From a virus: a stretch of 64,000 nt of DNA. The stretch is taken from positions 1 through 64,000 of the IMG/VR virus record IMGVR_UViG_3300029882_000012; one strand, 5' to 3'. The position numbers and the translations under genes were made by a program. The notes under the pieces are model-generated. The model saw only the letters and a program-made list of their open reading frames with translations. It was not told the origin of the DNA and did not search any database. Below, one piece after another: positions 52,260 to 60,968 of this stretch; the stretch's first letter is position 1; every line of letters starts with the position of its first letter.

Positions 52260-52757
52260 TCAACTTATCGGGTTAAATGTAACTATTTCATACGGAATTC
52301 CCGCAATAATTATTTGATTTATAATTGCAGTTATTGCCGATAAATTTACATAGTTCGGTATATTAATTGTTGTTATGTTTTGTGCAGCTTGGTCATTGAA
52401 TCCCCTTACTTGTACCGCTCTGCCTCCAAAACCACTTACTTGTTGTATAGCTGTATAACCAAAACCAGTTACCGAAACGATAATATTTGATGCTTGTGTT
52501 ATATAAATACTGTTAGCAATCTGGTCAAAAAGATAATTTAAAACATTGGTCGTTTGTCCTATTTGCCAAAGTGTATTTGCTATTAATCCATTGGTTACCC
52601 TTGCGGTTTGAAATGAATCCCACGGAGCAACTAATGGTTGAATTATACATGCACAATATTGGTATAATCGGTTTAGTTTTCCGCTTGTATTCACGCTAAA
52701 ATAGGCTCTTAACGTTGAATAAAGCATTTTCCCAAAATTTATTGCACGAAACCGCAT
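52260..52757 (-). CDS. hypothetical baseplate/tail protein
   Basis: Track ORF, position only. Confidence 0.45.
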   Translation of the reverse strand: MRFRAINFGKMLYSTLRAYFSVNTSGKLNRLYQYCACIIQPLVAPWDSFQTARVTNGLIANTLWQIGQTTNVLNYLFDQIANSIYITQASNIIVSVTGFGYTAIQQVSGFGGRAVQVRGFNDQAAQNITTINIPNYVNLSAITAIINQIIIAGIPYEIVTFNPIS

Positions 52758-52761
52758 TGTT

Positions 52762-53601
52762 TTATGAATTTATAGGGCTGTAATTTATGTTATTTATAAT
52801 ATTTGTAAAGTAATTGAAGTAACCACTGCTTAAATCGGTACTTCCTGCAAACGGCGTATTATCTAAACTGGTATTATAAATATAAAAATCAATCATTCCC
52901 GGCACCGTTGATACCACATAATCTTGTAGTTGACCTGTATAAAATTCCCCGTTAAATTGAAATGGTGTTTGAAAGTTTGATGGAGCGTTTACCGTTTGAA
53001 ACGCTACTAAAGCGGCGGCAATATTTGTTTGAATGGTTGATAAATCATAAGCAGCCGAATAAGTAGCCGTTGCGTTGAAATTTAAAATATTTCCCGGTAA
53101 ATTAACTAAATTTAATGGCAATCCCGGTGCTTCGAAATTGTTCATGTAAGATGAAAAAGATGCAAATTGCACGTCTGAAAGTGGTTGCAATAGATTTGTT
53201 GTGCTATCAACACCCGCAATCTTCAAAAACATTTGAATAGAATTTCCCGACCGTACTTGTTGAAATGCCGCTTGCTTTACGACTTGTGCGGTGGTATCAA
53301 TAGTTGTATAAATTAAATTAAGGTAAGGCGCACCCGTAGCTGGATTTATGGCGTTATTAACGCTTAGATTGTATCCGTATTGAAATGCCAACGCATTCGC
53401 AGCATAATAAGCCGATTTTAAGCCCCCGTATTGCGATATTAATATGTTAGTGATGGTTGACTCCGTATTATTGATTTCGGTGATTGTATTGTCAATTATT
53501 GGGCTTATAGCCGATGCTATTTGATAGTCAGGATCGGCAACACTCAACGCGTTGAAGTTTAACAAAGATAGATTTGATAATATTTGTTGCAAACTTCCCA
53601 T
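52762..53601 (-). CDS. baseplate structural protein (position-based, gpJ-like slot)
   Basis: Gene order only. Confidence 0.35.
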   Translation of the reverse strand: MGSLQQILSNLSLLNFNALSVADPDYQIASAISPIIDNTITEINNTESTITNILISQYGGLKSAYYAANALAFQYGYNLSVNNAINPATGAPYLNLIYTTIDTTAQVVKQAAFQQVRSGNSIQMFLKIAGVDSTTNLLQPLSDVQFASFSSYMNNFEAPGLPLNLVNLPGNILNFNATATYSAAYDLSTIQTNIAAALVAFQTVNAPSNFQTPFQFNGEFYTGQLQDYVVSTVPGMIDFYIYNTSLDNTPFAGSTDLSSGYFNYFTNIINNINYSPINS

Positions 53602-53984
53602 TATACTATCCCGTTTAAGTAAAATATATAAATATTCAATACGCCCATTCCACCGTCAATTGTAAAATATAATGTCCCCGAATTTTGAAAATATTGTGAC
53701 GGTAAAATTGGTGTGAAAAAACTTGCTATTTCATAAGTATCCAATATTTCACCACCGCCCGGATTTGTACCTATACTTAATGTAATATTTCCTGCTTGAT
53801 TTGTTATGAAGATTTGGGATAGGTAAAAACCTGCTGAAAAATTAACAGCAGTATTGTGTGACATGGAATTAATTATAATAGGAGCATTTGGATTTAAAGT
53901 TGCATATAATTCCGTAAAATTATCATTTATAACAGTCAATGCGCTTTCACCATTTTGTCCCAAAAAAATGTATTGTTGTGCCAT
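53601..53984 (-). CDS. hypothetical baseplate protein
   Basis: Track ORF, position only. Confidence 0.45.
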   Translation of the reverse strand: MAQQYIFLGQNGESALTVINDNFTELYATLNPNAPIIINSMSHNTAVNFSAGFYLSQIFITNQAGNITLSIGTNPGGGEILDTYEIASFFTPILPSQYFQNSGTLYFTIDGGMGVLNIYIFYLNGIV

Positions 53985-53987
53985 TCT

Positions 53988-54656
53988 TTAAATTGTTTTC
54001 CAAATCCCGTAGGCTCTCCAAAATCCCGTTCCATCCCACACCCCGTTTCGCAGTATCCAATCATTTGGGTGGTTAAGTTGTTCAAATATATCTAAAATTT
54101 GTTTGTCAATATCGGGAACGGAAAAATTATTTGCTGGATAGGTCGTTAATGCCCTGTAATTATTCAAATTTGAAAGTCCTGTTGGTACTTCGATTTGCAA
54201 TCCTGAATAAACAGATGGTGTCCAATCTGCATAATTATTTACCTGCAACAACGTTCCCCAATTTGCCATATCTCCTGTGGAATTGAGTACCCCATCAAAA
54301 AATTCCTCATTTTGGCTGTAGGTATAAGTAGCATTTATGTTTTGAACGGTCGGAATGCTATCGGTAGGTAATGGTACGGTTGGTGCGGTTTCTAATTCAG
54401 TAAATAAAGCGGCTATTTGATTGTCAATATTGGGTACTGAAAAGTTAACGGCTGGATATAATGCAAGTGCAGTTATAATGTCGGTATTGGCGTTTATATC
54501 AATTGGAACCTGTAAAATTTGACCACTATAAAGCGATGGATTCCATTCATTAAACCCGTTGGCATCTAAAAAATCACTCCATGAGGCTATATCTCCAGTT
54601 GCGTTTAATATGCAGTCGGTAATATTTTGGCCTTGAAGCAAAGTGGTTGTTGCCAT
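53988..54656 (-). CDS. protein with two tandem LysM-like repeats (gpX-like slot)
   Basis: 'CILNATGDIASWSDFLDANGFNEWNPSLYSGQILQVP' and 'GVLNSTGDMANWGTLLQVNNYADWTPSVYSGLQIEVP'. Confidence 0.4.
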   Translation of the reverse strand: MATTTLLQGQNITDCILNATGDIASWSDFLDANGFNEWNPSLYSGQILQVPIDINANTDIITALALYPAVNFSVPNIDNQIAALFTELETAPTVPLPTDSIPTVQNINATYTYSQNEEFFDGVLNSTGDMANWGTLLQVNNYADWTPSVYSGLQIEVPTGLSNLNNYRALTTYPANNFSVPDIDKQILDIFEQLNHPNDWILRNGVWDGTGFWRAYGIWKTI

Positions 54657-54658
54657 TA

Positions 54659-54979
54659 TTATTGAGAATAATTTGCGGTCAAAGAAAAGTCAAACTGCAC
54701 ATTTTCAGGATTTGGTAATGTTTGCCACGATGCCGAACCCTTATCGGCGGCTATTTGGGAGATACATCTATTAAGCTGGAAAGCGGCTTGTGATGTATTA
54801 CCGCCCAAAACTTGATTATTGAAACCTATCCCAAATTGCGGTTGGTAAACATTAAAGCATCTTGCCTCTAAAATTATACCCGCTCTTTGTGCTGATGGAA
54901 CGGTTGTAGTGGTTGCTATTGAACCGTCCGGTGCTGTCTCTAAATCGCGCGTATTTGGATTAAAAATTAAATATGGCAT
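54659..54979 (-). CDS. baseplate wedge protein (gpW/gp25-like, by size and position)
   Basis: 106 aa directly after the gpV-like gene. Confidence 0.35.
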   Translation of the reverse strand: MPYLIFNPNTRDLETAPDGSIATTTTVPSAQRAGIILEARCFNVYQPQFGIGFNNQVLGGNTSQAAFQLNRCISQIAADKGSASWQTLPNPENVQFDFSLTANYSQ

Positions 54980-54980
54980 C

Positions 54981-55508
54981 TTATTGAGTTATTACTTTTG
55001 ATTGAATATCGTTTTGAACTGTTGGCGTTAGATTGTTTACACTTGAAAAAAGTGGTGCAAATGGAAAAGGTGTTGCTGCCACGTTAATGCCTTTTAGAAT
55101 ACCTAATATTTCATTTACTTGGTTTTCTACTTTGTTTAAGCGGGTTACTAAATTTGGGCTTAATGGTAAGCCACCGTTTTCACCACCGTTAAATTCAACT
55201 AATGTTTTGCAATTTATCTTCCATGTATCGATTTGGTCAAACGATATTATTGTTGGAAGTCCGCGATTAAAATCTATAAATGTTATAAGACACGATGTAC
55301 CTATTACGGGTATTTGATAATCACTTGCTTGCGAACCTATTAAAACAGCTATCGGGACATTAGAATAAATCACGTCTTGAATAGATACATCACAAGTAAA
55401 ATTATCGTTCACTTCTTCAACAACGCCATCAATAATTACTCCCGCTCGTAAAAGGTTGTTTACGAATTTCGCAAGTGTTGAGGCGAACAAAAGAGATGAA
55501 TCATCCAT
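54981..55508 (-). CDS. baseplate spike/assembly protein V-like
   Basis: OB-fold pattern 'GVIIDGVVEEV...VSIQD...IPVIGTSCLITFIDFNRGLPTIISF'; ATG at 55508. Confidence 0.55.
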   Translation of the reverse strand: MDDSSLLFASTLAKFVNNLLRAGVIIDGVVEEVNDNFTCDVSIQDVIYSNVPIAVLIGSQASDYQIPVIGTSCLITFIDFNRGLPTIISFDQIDTWKINCKTLVEFNGGENGGLPLSPNLVTRLNKVENQVNEILGILKGINVAATPFPFAPLFSSVNNLTPTVQNDIQSKVITQ

Positions 55509-55586
55509 GCCCAAATATAAATAAAAAAGCCCTCAATAAAAATCAAGGACTTTTTCAGTATCTTTACCGTAGCAACACAAATAAAG

Positions 55587-56187
55587 ATGGATACAAATAT
55601 AGAAGAAAAACCCGCTTATATAAGTAGGGAAGAAAAAATAGGGATTACTCAAGAATTCTTAAAAGCAACATTCGATTATAAAGATGGATTTTTTTATTGG
55701 AAAATAAGTCTTAACACCAGTATAAAAATTGGGGATTTGGCTGGATGTTTCCACAAAAGTACTGGAAGATATAGAGTAATTATAAATGGAAATGGTTATC
55801 ATGTTTCGAGATTAGTTTTTTGCTATCAGAACGGTTATTTCCCTCAATATATCGACCATATAGATAGAAATAGGGCTAATGATAAAATTGAAAATTTAAG
55901 ACCCGCCACTTGGGTTGAAAATTCCAGAAATAAAACACCCACAAAAAATCAAACATCAAAATATCGTGGTGTTTCTTTGAAGTACTACTTATTCAAGATA
56001 TGTAAATAAACAAGGAAAGGTATCTAATAATATTTGTCGTAGATGGTCAAGCAGAATTTACATTGGGAAAGGAAAAGGAATTGGATTGGGTAGATTTCTA
56101 ACTGAAAAAGAAGCAGCCATTGCATATAATGAAGCGGCTAAAAAATATTTTGGAGAATTCGCTTATATAAATCCCATTGAAGATTAG
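55587..56187 (+). pseudogene. HNH-AP2 homing endonuclease, AP2 domain displaced by a frameshift
   Basis: Frame A 'YIDHIDRNRANDKIENLRPATWVENSRN...YRGVSL' stops at 56009; the +1 frame continues 'RRWSSRIYIGKGKGIGLGRFLTEKEAAIAYNEAAKKYFGEFA' to 56187 with no start of its own. Confidence 0.7.
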
Positions 56188-56192
56188 TTCTT

Positions 56193-57389
56193 TTAACTAT
56201 TCACAGTTTGTCCGCTTGAATTTGTATAACTAATAGAACCCAACCATGCCAATTTTAGCTTTTGATGAAAGCCACGCTCTCCAATTTCAATATACCGTCC
56301 TAAAATTACGTACACGGCATTACGCTCCGGGTATCTTTTATCCGTATAGTTGACCTCGAAAAATAAATCGCAATCTGGATAAAGAAGCAACTCCAATTCG
56401 CCCCTATAATGATGCTGTTGAGCCTTTAATAAAGCGGCATTTGCTAATGTTTCGTATAAATTACCATTGGGTTGTACCTTGTAAAAAAAGTGCTCTTGCT
56501 GAACCCCGTTGCTGTCCCCAATATCAAAAAAAAATCGAGTGCCATTATTATTTATAAACCAACATCTCAACCTTATTTTTTGAAATGCCGATTGATACAT
56601 TGTTGAAGTTGTTCTGTTATCAATCGTTATCGAGCCTTGAAACGTGGTTTGAAGTTTTGACCCAATGCAATTCCTATCTGTTGTTATATTTATCTGACCA
56701 TTAGTTTGTGATGCAAGATTAACGTATAATTGATTTCCGAAAAAACTCATGTTAAATCCGAGTTCCTTTTTTAGCCATTCCAAAATCGCTGCGGGTGACA
56801 TCGATATAAAAGTCAAATTCACCAATGTTAAATCAACGGTCGGCAATATCAAAGTTACTGGAGTTGGATTTGGCGGTGGTATTTGCCCCAAAATTGGAGT
56901 TGGCGTTAATTGAGAAATGGTTTCATTTACAAAGTCTATAAGGTTTTGCAGTAGCTGTTGCAACGTTATTGATTTGTAATTTATCCCAGTTCCTGTACGT
57001 GTTATTTTGCCCTTTTTATTGGTGGTTGAAACCCTATTATCTCCAAATATTCCAAGATTAAAAAAGTAGATATAATCAAGGCATTTTATGGTTGTTGGCA
57101 TCCCCAAAACAAAGTCGTACACAAAGCCCTTGAATATAGTTAAGGTTGGATAGCCGTCATAGGATGCTGTAATTTCAACTGGGCATCCTTGCGGGAATGT
57201 ATCAACCCTTATAGCAGTTAAATATTGGGTTAATGTATTGGGGTCTGAATATAAAATATACGAATTTAGGGGGACTTTTATTTCACATGAACTGCCAACT
57301 TTTGCGGCATCATTAGACGTTTTAACCTCGATAACAGAGGTCAAAAGTTGTCCATTAATTGTTACTGATAAGTTCGTGTTAAAATACAT
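56193..57389 (-). CDS. baseplate hub / late-control-D-like tail protein (position-based)
   Basis: 398 aa, second gene after the tape measure. Confidence 0.4.
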   Translation of the reverse strand: MYFNTNLSVTINGQLLTSVIEVKTSNDAAKVGSSCEIKVPLNSYILYSDPNTLTQYLTAIRVDTFPQGCPVEITASYDGYPTLTIFKGFVYDFVLGMPTTIKCLDYIYFFNLGIFGDNRVSTTNKKGKITRTGTGINYKSITLQQLLQNLIDFVNETISQLTPTPILGQIPPPNPTPVTLILPTVDLTLVNLTFISMSPAAILEWLKKELGFNMSFFGNQLYVNLASQTNGQINITTDRNCIGSKLQTTFQGSITIDNRTTSTMYQSAFQKIRLRCWFINNNGTRFFFDIGDSNGVQQEHFFYKVQPNGNLYETLANAALLKAQQHHYRGELELLLYPDCDLFFEVNYTDKRYPERNAVYVILGRYIEIGERGFHQKLKLAWLGSISYTNSSGQTVNS

Positions 57390-57391
57390 TA

Positions 57392-58036
57392 TTACACGAT
57401 TAAAGTTTGGCCGACTTGATTTTCAAAAAGCTTGATTTTCAAAACCACCTTTGTACTTCCCAATTGAGGCATTGGTGATATGGATTCTACAATTACCTGC
57501 GATATTCCCAACGCATTTAAAAATGTATTCCCCACATGAAAAACCGTGTTTGGTAACCATAAATTATTCCAAATAAAGTTAATTTGATCTTGCGGAAATG
57601 GCACATTCCATCCTGTTTGCCATAGGGTTGACTCAATATCTATTTCGTAAGGCTTTCTTGATATATGTTCAAAAACCGATACTCCATCTATAATTTGACT
57701 TTCGGCAAGTATCTTTTTACCTTTTGGTATTATTTGGCTACTCGCTGGCAGATATATAAATGTGTTATTATCAACCGTAAAATATATGCTCGATGGATTG
57801 TTTGTTTGGTCGGTAAATGTTTTAGGATATAATACGGGTTGTACTTTTTGTGCAGGGAGTGTTAATCCATTATATTGTACATTTGGATCAATAGGAACCG
57901 CTGTTACCGGAGTCGCTTGTAACGGTAAAATTTTACCTGCATAAAGTATCTCTAAATTCTCTAAATCGGTTATATATGGCAGTTCGGGAGTTGTCCGAAG
58001 TCCATTACCAATCTCAACCCCGTTTATTGTAGGCAT
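57392..58036 (-). CDS. tail/baseplate-associated protein (position-based)
   Basis: First gene after the tape measure. Confidence 0.35.
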   Translation of the reverse strand: MPTINGVEIGNGLRTTPELPYITDLENLEILYAGKILPLQATPVTAVPIDPNVQYNGLTLPAQKVQPVLYPKTFTDQTNNPSSIYFTVDNNTFIYLPASSQIIPKGKKILAESQIIDGVSVFEHISRKPYEIDIESTLWQTGWNVPFPQDQINFIWNNLWLPNTVFHVGNTFLNALGISQVIVESISPMPQLGSTKVVLKIKLFENQVGQTLIV

Positions 58037-58042
58037 ATCTTT

Positions 58043-58062
58043 CTCACTTTATCTACTTCACT
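58043..58062 (-). promoter_or_regulatory. conserved 20-mer upstream of a tail ORF (copy 2)
   Basis: Minus strand AGTGAAGTAGATAAAGTGAG, 6 nt before the ATG at 58036. Confidence 0.35.
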
Positions 58063-58121
58063 GTAAATATAGGAGAAAGTTTTTATTTGTTTTTATACGA
58101 TACTTTAATTAAGTATATAGC

Positions 58122-59930
58122 CTACTGGCTGTTCACCGATTGGTCGAAGCCATTGATAGCCTCAATGATTTTTTGTACTGCTTGGTCTGCGCTTGATTGA
58201 CTTTCTTTAACGCCATTGTTTTGCTGTAAAACACCGATTCGAATAAACACAGATTTTGCGCTACCGAGTCCCCCCGAAGCACCGGAAAGGTTAGAAGTAT
58301 TGAGTGATTGACTTTTTGACGCTCCAAATGAATCATATTTATCTTTGGGTGGCGCACCTATTTTTTTAGCCATTTGTTGAATGGCTTGTGTATTCTTTTT
58401 AAAATCATTGTCTTGTGCTATAAAATTTACGTATCCAGCCATTGTTTTAGCATTTTCCTTTAAAGAATCGGCTGCCAATCCAAGCTTGTTGATAAATAAA
58501 TTATCCATAAACGATCCTAAAATCGGTTTGTTTTTTTGTGCATCATGTGCCAAATGTTCACGTCTAACATCAAACACAGGGGCTTTGCCTGCGGCTTCTT
58601 TATTATATTGGGCTACATCATTTTTTAGTTTCGATTTGGCATCCGGGTCTAATTTGTCATAAATAGAATATTGCTCCTTAATAGCGGCGGCTTGGTCTGC
58701 TAAGCTTTTAAATTGGTCGTCACTTTCCGATAACTTATATTTTTTATCAATGGCCGCATCAAGTTCTTCATTCATGCTGATTAATTTTTCAATCACCAAC
58801 CCTAATCCTATAACTAATGCTCCTATTCCTGTGCTTGCAATTGCTGAAGATAATCCCTCAAACGCAAATGTTGCTCCATCGGTCATTACGGTTACTTCTC
58901 CCAATGATGCTGTTAATATGCCATTTTCGACCGAAAAAACAGATGTAACAATTCCTACTGCTGCCATAACGCCTCTATAAGCCAACCAAATAGGTATCAG
59001 TTTTACCGCCCAATCAAATACTTCTTTTAAAAAGTTTACAAAGTTTGAATTACCAGTAAGTCCATCCCATAATGATTTTATGTCGTGCATTACCGATGAT
59101 ACAGTTTGCAAAATATCCAACCACAATGGCATTAACGAATTGCCCATGTCAAGCATGGTTTTTAATACGGAGTTTTTTTCATCATTTATTTGAGAAATTA
59201 AACTTTTTCCTGCATTTTCTAATCCCGGATTAAAGTGTGTGGTTAATGCTGCTGCGAACTTTGGCAAAAATATACTCGATTGTATTTGACCTTTTTTCAT
59301 TGCCTCGTGAAACTGCATGGTGGTCATTCCCATTGATTGTGCTGCAATATTCATAGACCCTGGGAGTGCCATAGCGAGCATCCTCATTTGGCGCATCTGA
59401 ACCGTTCCCAGTTCGCCTATCTCTTTCATGGCATAAGCGGTTCTACTAAACGCATCAGGGCTTAGGTGCATTACCGTTGCGGCCTCTGAAACGCCCTCAA
59501 ACACCTTTCTTAGTTTTTCACCCTCAATTCCCGTCCCAAAGAAACCAGCTTGCATTTCTGAAAATGTTTGAAAGGCTTGTTCCATCGGTAAATGTAGCCT
59601 TACTACGGCATCATTTAGATAATCAATATTTTTTGCATTATCTACTATTCCTTCAGATGAATATTTGATTACATTATCAAACCCCTGAAATTCGGCGGCT
59701 AAGTGCATTAGTTCTTTGCCGAAATTATAAATTTCATAAACCGAAAATGCTTCAATTAGCGTACTCTGAAGTGATTTTGCAGCTTCCCCGATTCCGCCAA
59801 AATTTTCTTTAATATCTGATGAAGTGTCCTTAACCGTGCCACCTAATTTTTTAATGGCATCTTCAATATCCTTCATCTGTTTTAAAGAATTCCCGGAAAC
59901 GTCAATTTTGAACCCGTAGTCTGCGGCCAT
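58122..59930 (-). CDS. tail tape measure protein
   Basis: 602 aa, helical Ala/Gln/Lys-rich with a central hydrophobic Gly/Ala block; follows the frameshifted chaperone pair. Confidence 0.75.
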   Translation of the reverse strand: MAADYGFKIDVSGNSLKQMKDIEDAIKKLGGTVKDTSSDIKENFGGIGEAAKSLQSTLIEAFSVYEIYNFGKELMHLAAEFQGFDNVIKYSSEGIVDNAKNIDYLNDAVVRLHLPMEQAFQTFSEMQAGFFGTGIEGEKLRKVFEGVSEAATVMHLSPDAFSRTAYAMKEIGELGTVQMRQMRMLAMALPGSMNIAAQSMGMTTMQFHEAMKKGQIQSSIFLPKFAAALTTHFNPGLENAGKSLISQINDEKNSVLKTMLDMGNSLMPLWLDILQTVSSVMHDIKSLWDGLTGNSNFVNFLKEVFDWAVKLIPIWLAYRGVMAAVGIVTSVFSVENGILTASLGEVTVMTDGATFAFEGLSSAIASTGIGALVIGLGLVIEKLISMNEELDAAIDKKYKLSESDDQFKSLADQAAAIKEQYSIYDKLDPDAKSKLKNDVAQYNKEAAGKAPVFDVRREHLAHDAQKNKPILGSFMDNLFINKLGLAADSLKENAKTMAGYVNFIAQDNDFKKNTQAIQQMAKKIGAPPKDKYDSFGASKSQSLNTSNLSGASGGLGSAKSVFIRIGVLQQNNGVKESQSSADQAVQKIIEAINGFDQSVNSQ

Positions 59931-59946
59931 TTTCTTTCAATTTAAT

Positions 59947-60530
59947 TTATAATTCCTTGAGAAAAGGGGCGTGGATGAGCCTAAGAACCTCTCTAAACAT
60001 TATTAAATAGTCTATGTATTCTTGTTGGCTCATGTTGTCACATTCCTCTTTTGTTAAATGCAAAAATGCCCGGAATAATGTTCTGTTATAGAAACCATCA
60101 TCACGGGCAATTAATTCTCTTATAGCCACATCTTGGCTATCGCTTATTTTATTATACTCCTTGCTAACAGCGTAAAAAAAGGGGTTAGTTTCTCCTTCAT
60201 CAGCCACAAACCGAACTGTATAATAGCTATATTATCGTTCAAAAATTGTGTTTTATCTGTTTCTGTAAAGTTATTATCGGGTACTAAAAGCACATGGATT
60301 GCTTGTTCTGTTATGTCGCAAAGCACCTCGTGATCGATTTGTATTTCATCAATACCCTTTGATTTGAAAACGCTTGTTAATAAAAACTGGAATTTTCGTT
60401 GGTCTTTATCAATTCTGCTTAATTCTTTAAAGGTTGCCATTTTGGTTTCCTCTTTTTCACCGTGTTTTTTTTCCACGGTATCAAAATGTGCCGGATTGAT
60501 AAATGTTATTTCTCTTTGAAATGTGCTCAT
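59947..60530 (-). CDS. tail assembly chaperone fusion (GT-like, via -1 frameshift)
   Basis: Zero frame ACC CCU UUU UUU ACG; a -1 slip on U UUU UUU reads UAC GCU... in the 59947..60207 frame; predicted fusion about 194 aa. Confidence 0.6.
60144..60530 (-). CDS. tail assembly chaperone (G-like, zero-frame product)
   Basis: 128-aa ORF between the tube and tape measure genes; contains the slippery run near its 3' end. Confidence 0.65.
   Translation of the reverse strand: MSTFQREITFINPAHFDTVEKKHGEKEETKMATFKELSRIDKDQRKFQFLLTSVFKSKGIDEIQIDHEVLCDITEQAIHVLLVPDNNFTETDKTQFLNDNIAIIQFGLWLMKEKLTPFFTLLARSIIK
60174..60184 (-). promoter_or_regulatory. -1 programmed frameshift slippery site CCCCUUUUUUU
   Basis: Seven T on the minus strand (plus A-run 60174-60180) inside the 64-nt overlap of the two chaperone ORFs. 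Confidence 0.6.
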
Positions 60531-60533
60531 AAA

Positions 60534-60968
60534 TTATGCTCCTAAGCCAATTGCAAGCCAGTCAAGGCCAACTAATGTTTCTTTATCTTTTGCTTTTATT
60601 GAACTTGAATCGGTGTTACAATTTGCCGATTGATATGACTTCCTAAAACCACCTGTAAGGGCTGCTACTGATATTTGCGCCCCGTTTATCTGTATTGCTG
60701 ATGCTAACCCGCAAATTCCAAGTATGGCGTTTAGTTCTCCTAATTGCATGGATATTTTGCCGTCATACTTGTTTTCGTTGGATTGGTTGCCTATCGGGTC
60801 ACGTTGTCCTATGGCATATATCAATTCACCAGATGCACCGTCATTGAAGTCAAAGGTTTGAACGGTTTGTAACTGGAATGATTGCCCTAATGGATTAGCG
60901 GCGGTTGGTATGCTGATCCATATGCTACAGGTAGCCGAATTAATTATTAACTGATTTAAATTTGGCAT
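60534..60968 (-). CDS. tail tube protein
   Basis: 144 aa, between the sheath and chaperone genes. Confidence 0.6.
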   Translation of the reverse strand: MPNLNQLIINSATCSIWISIPTAANPLGQSFQLQTVQTFDFNDGASGELIYAIGQRDPIGNQSNENKYDGKISMQLGELNAILGICGLASAIQINGAQISVAALTGGFRKSYQSANCNTDSSSIKAKDKETLVGLDWLAIGLGA

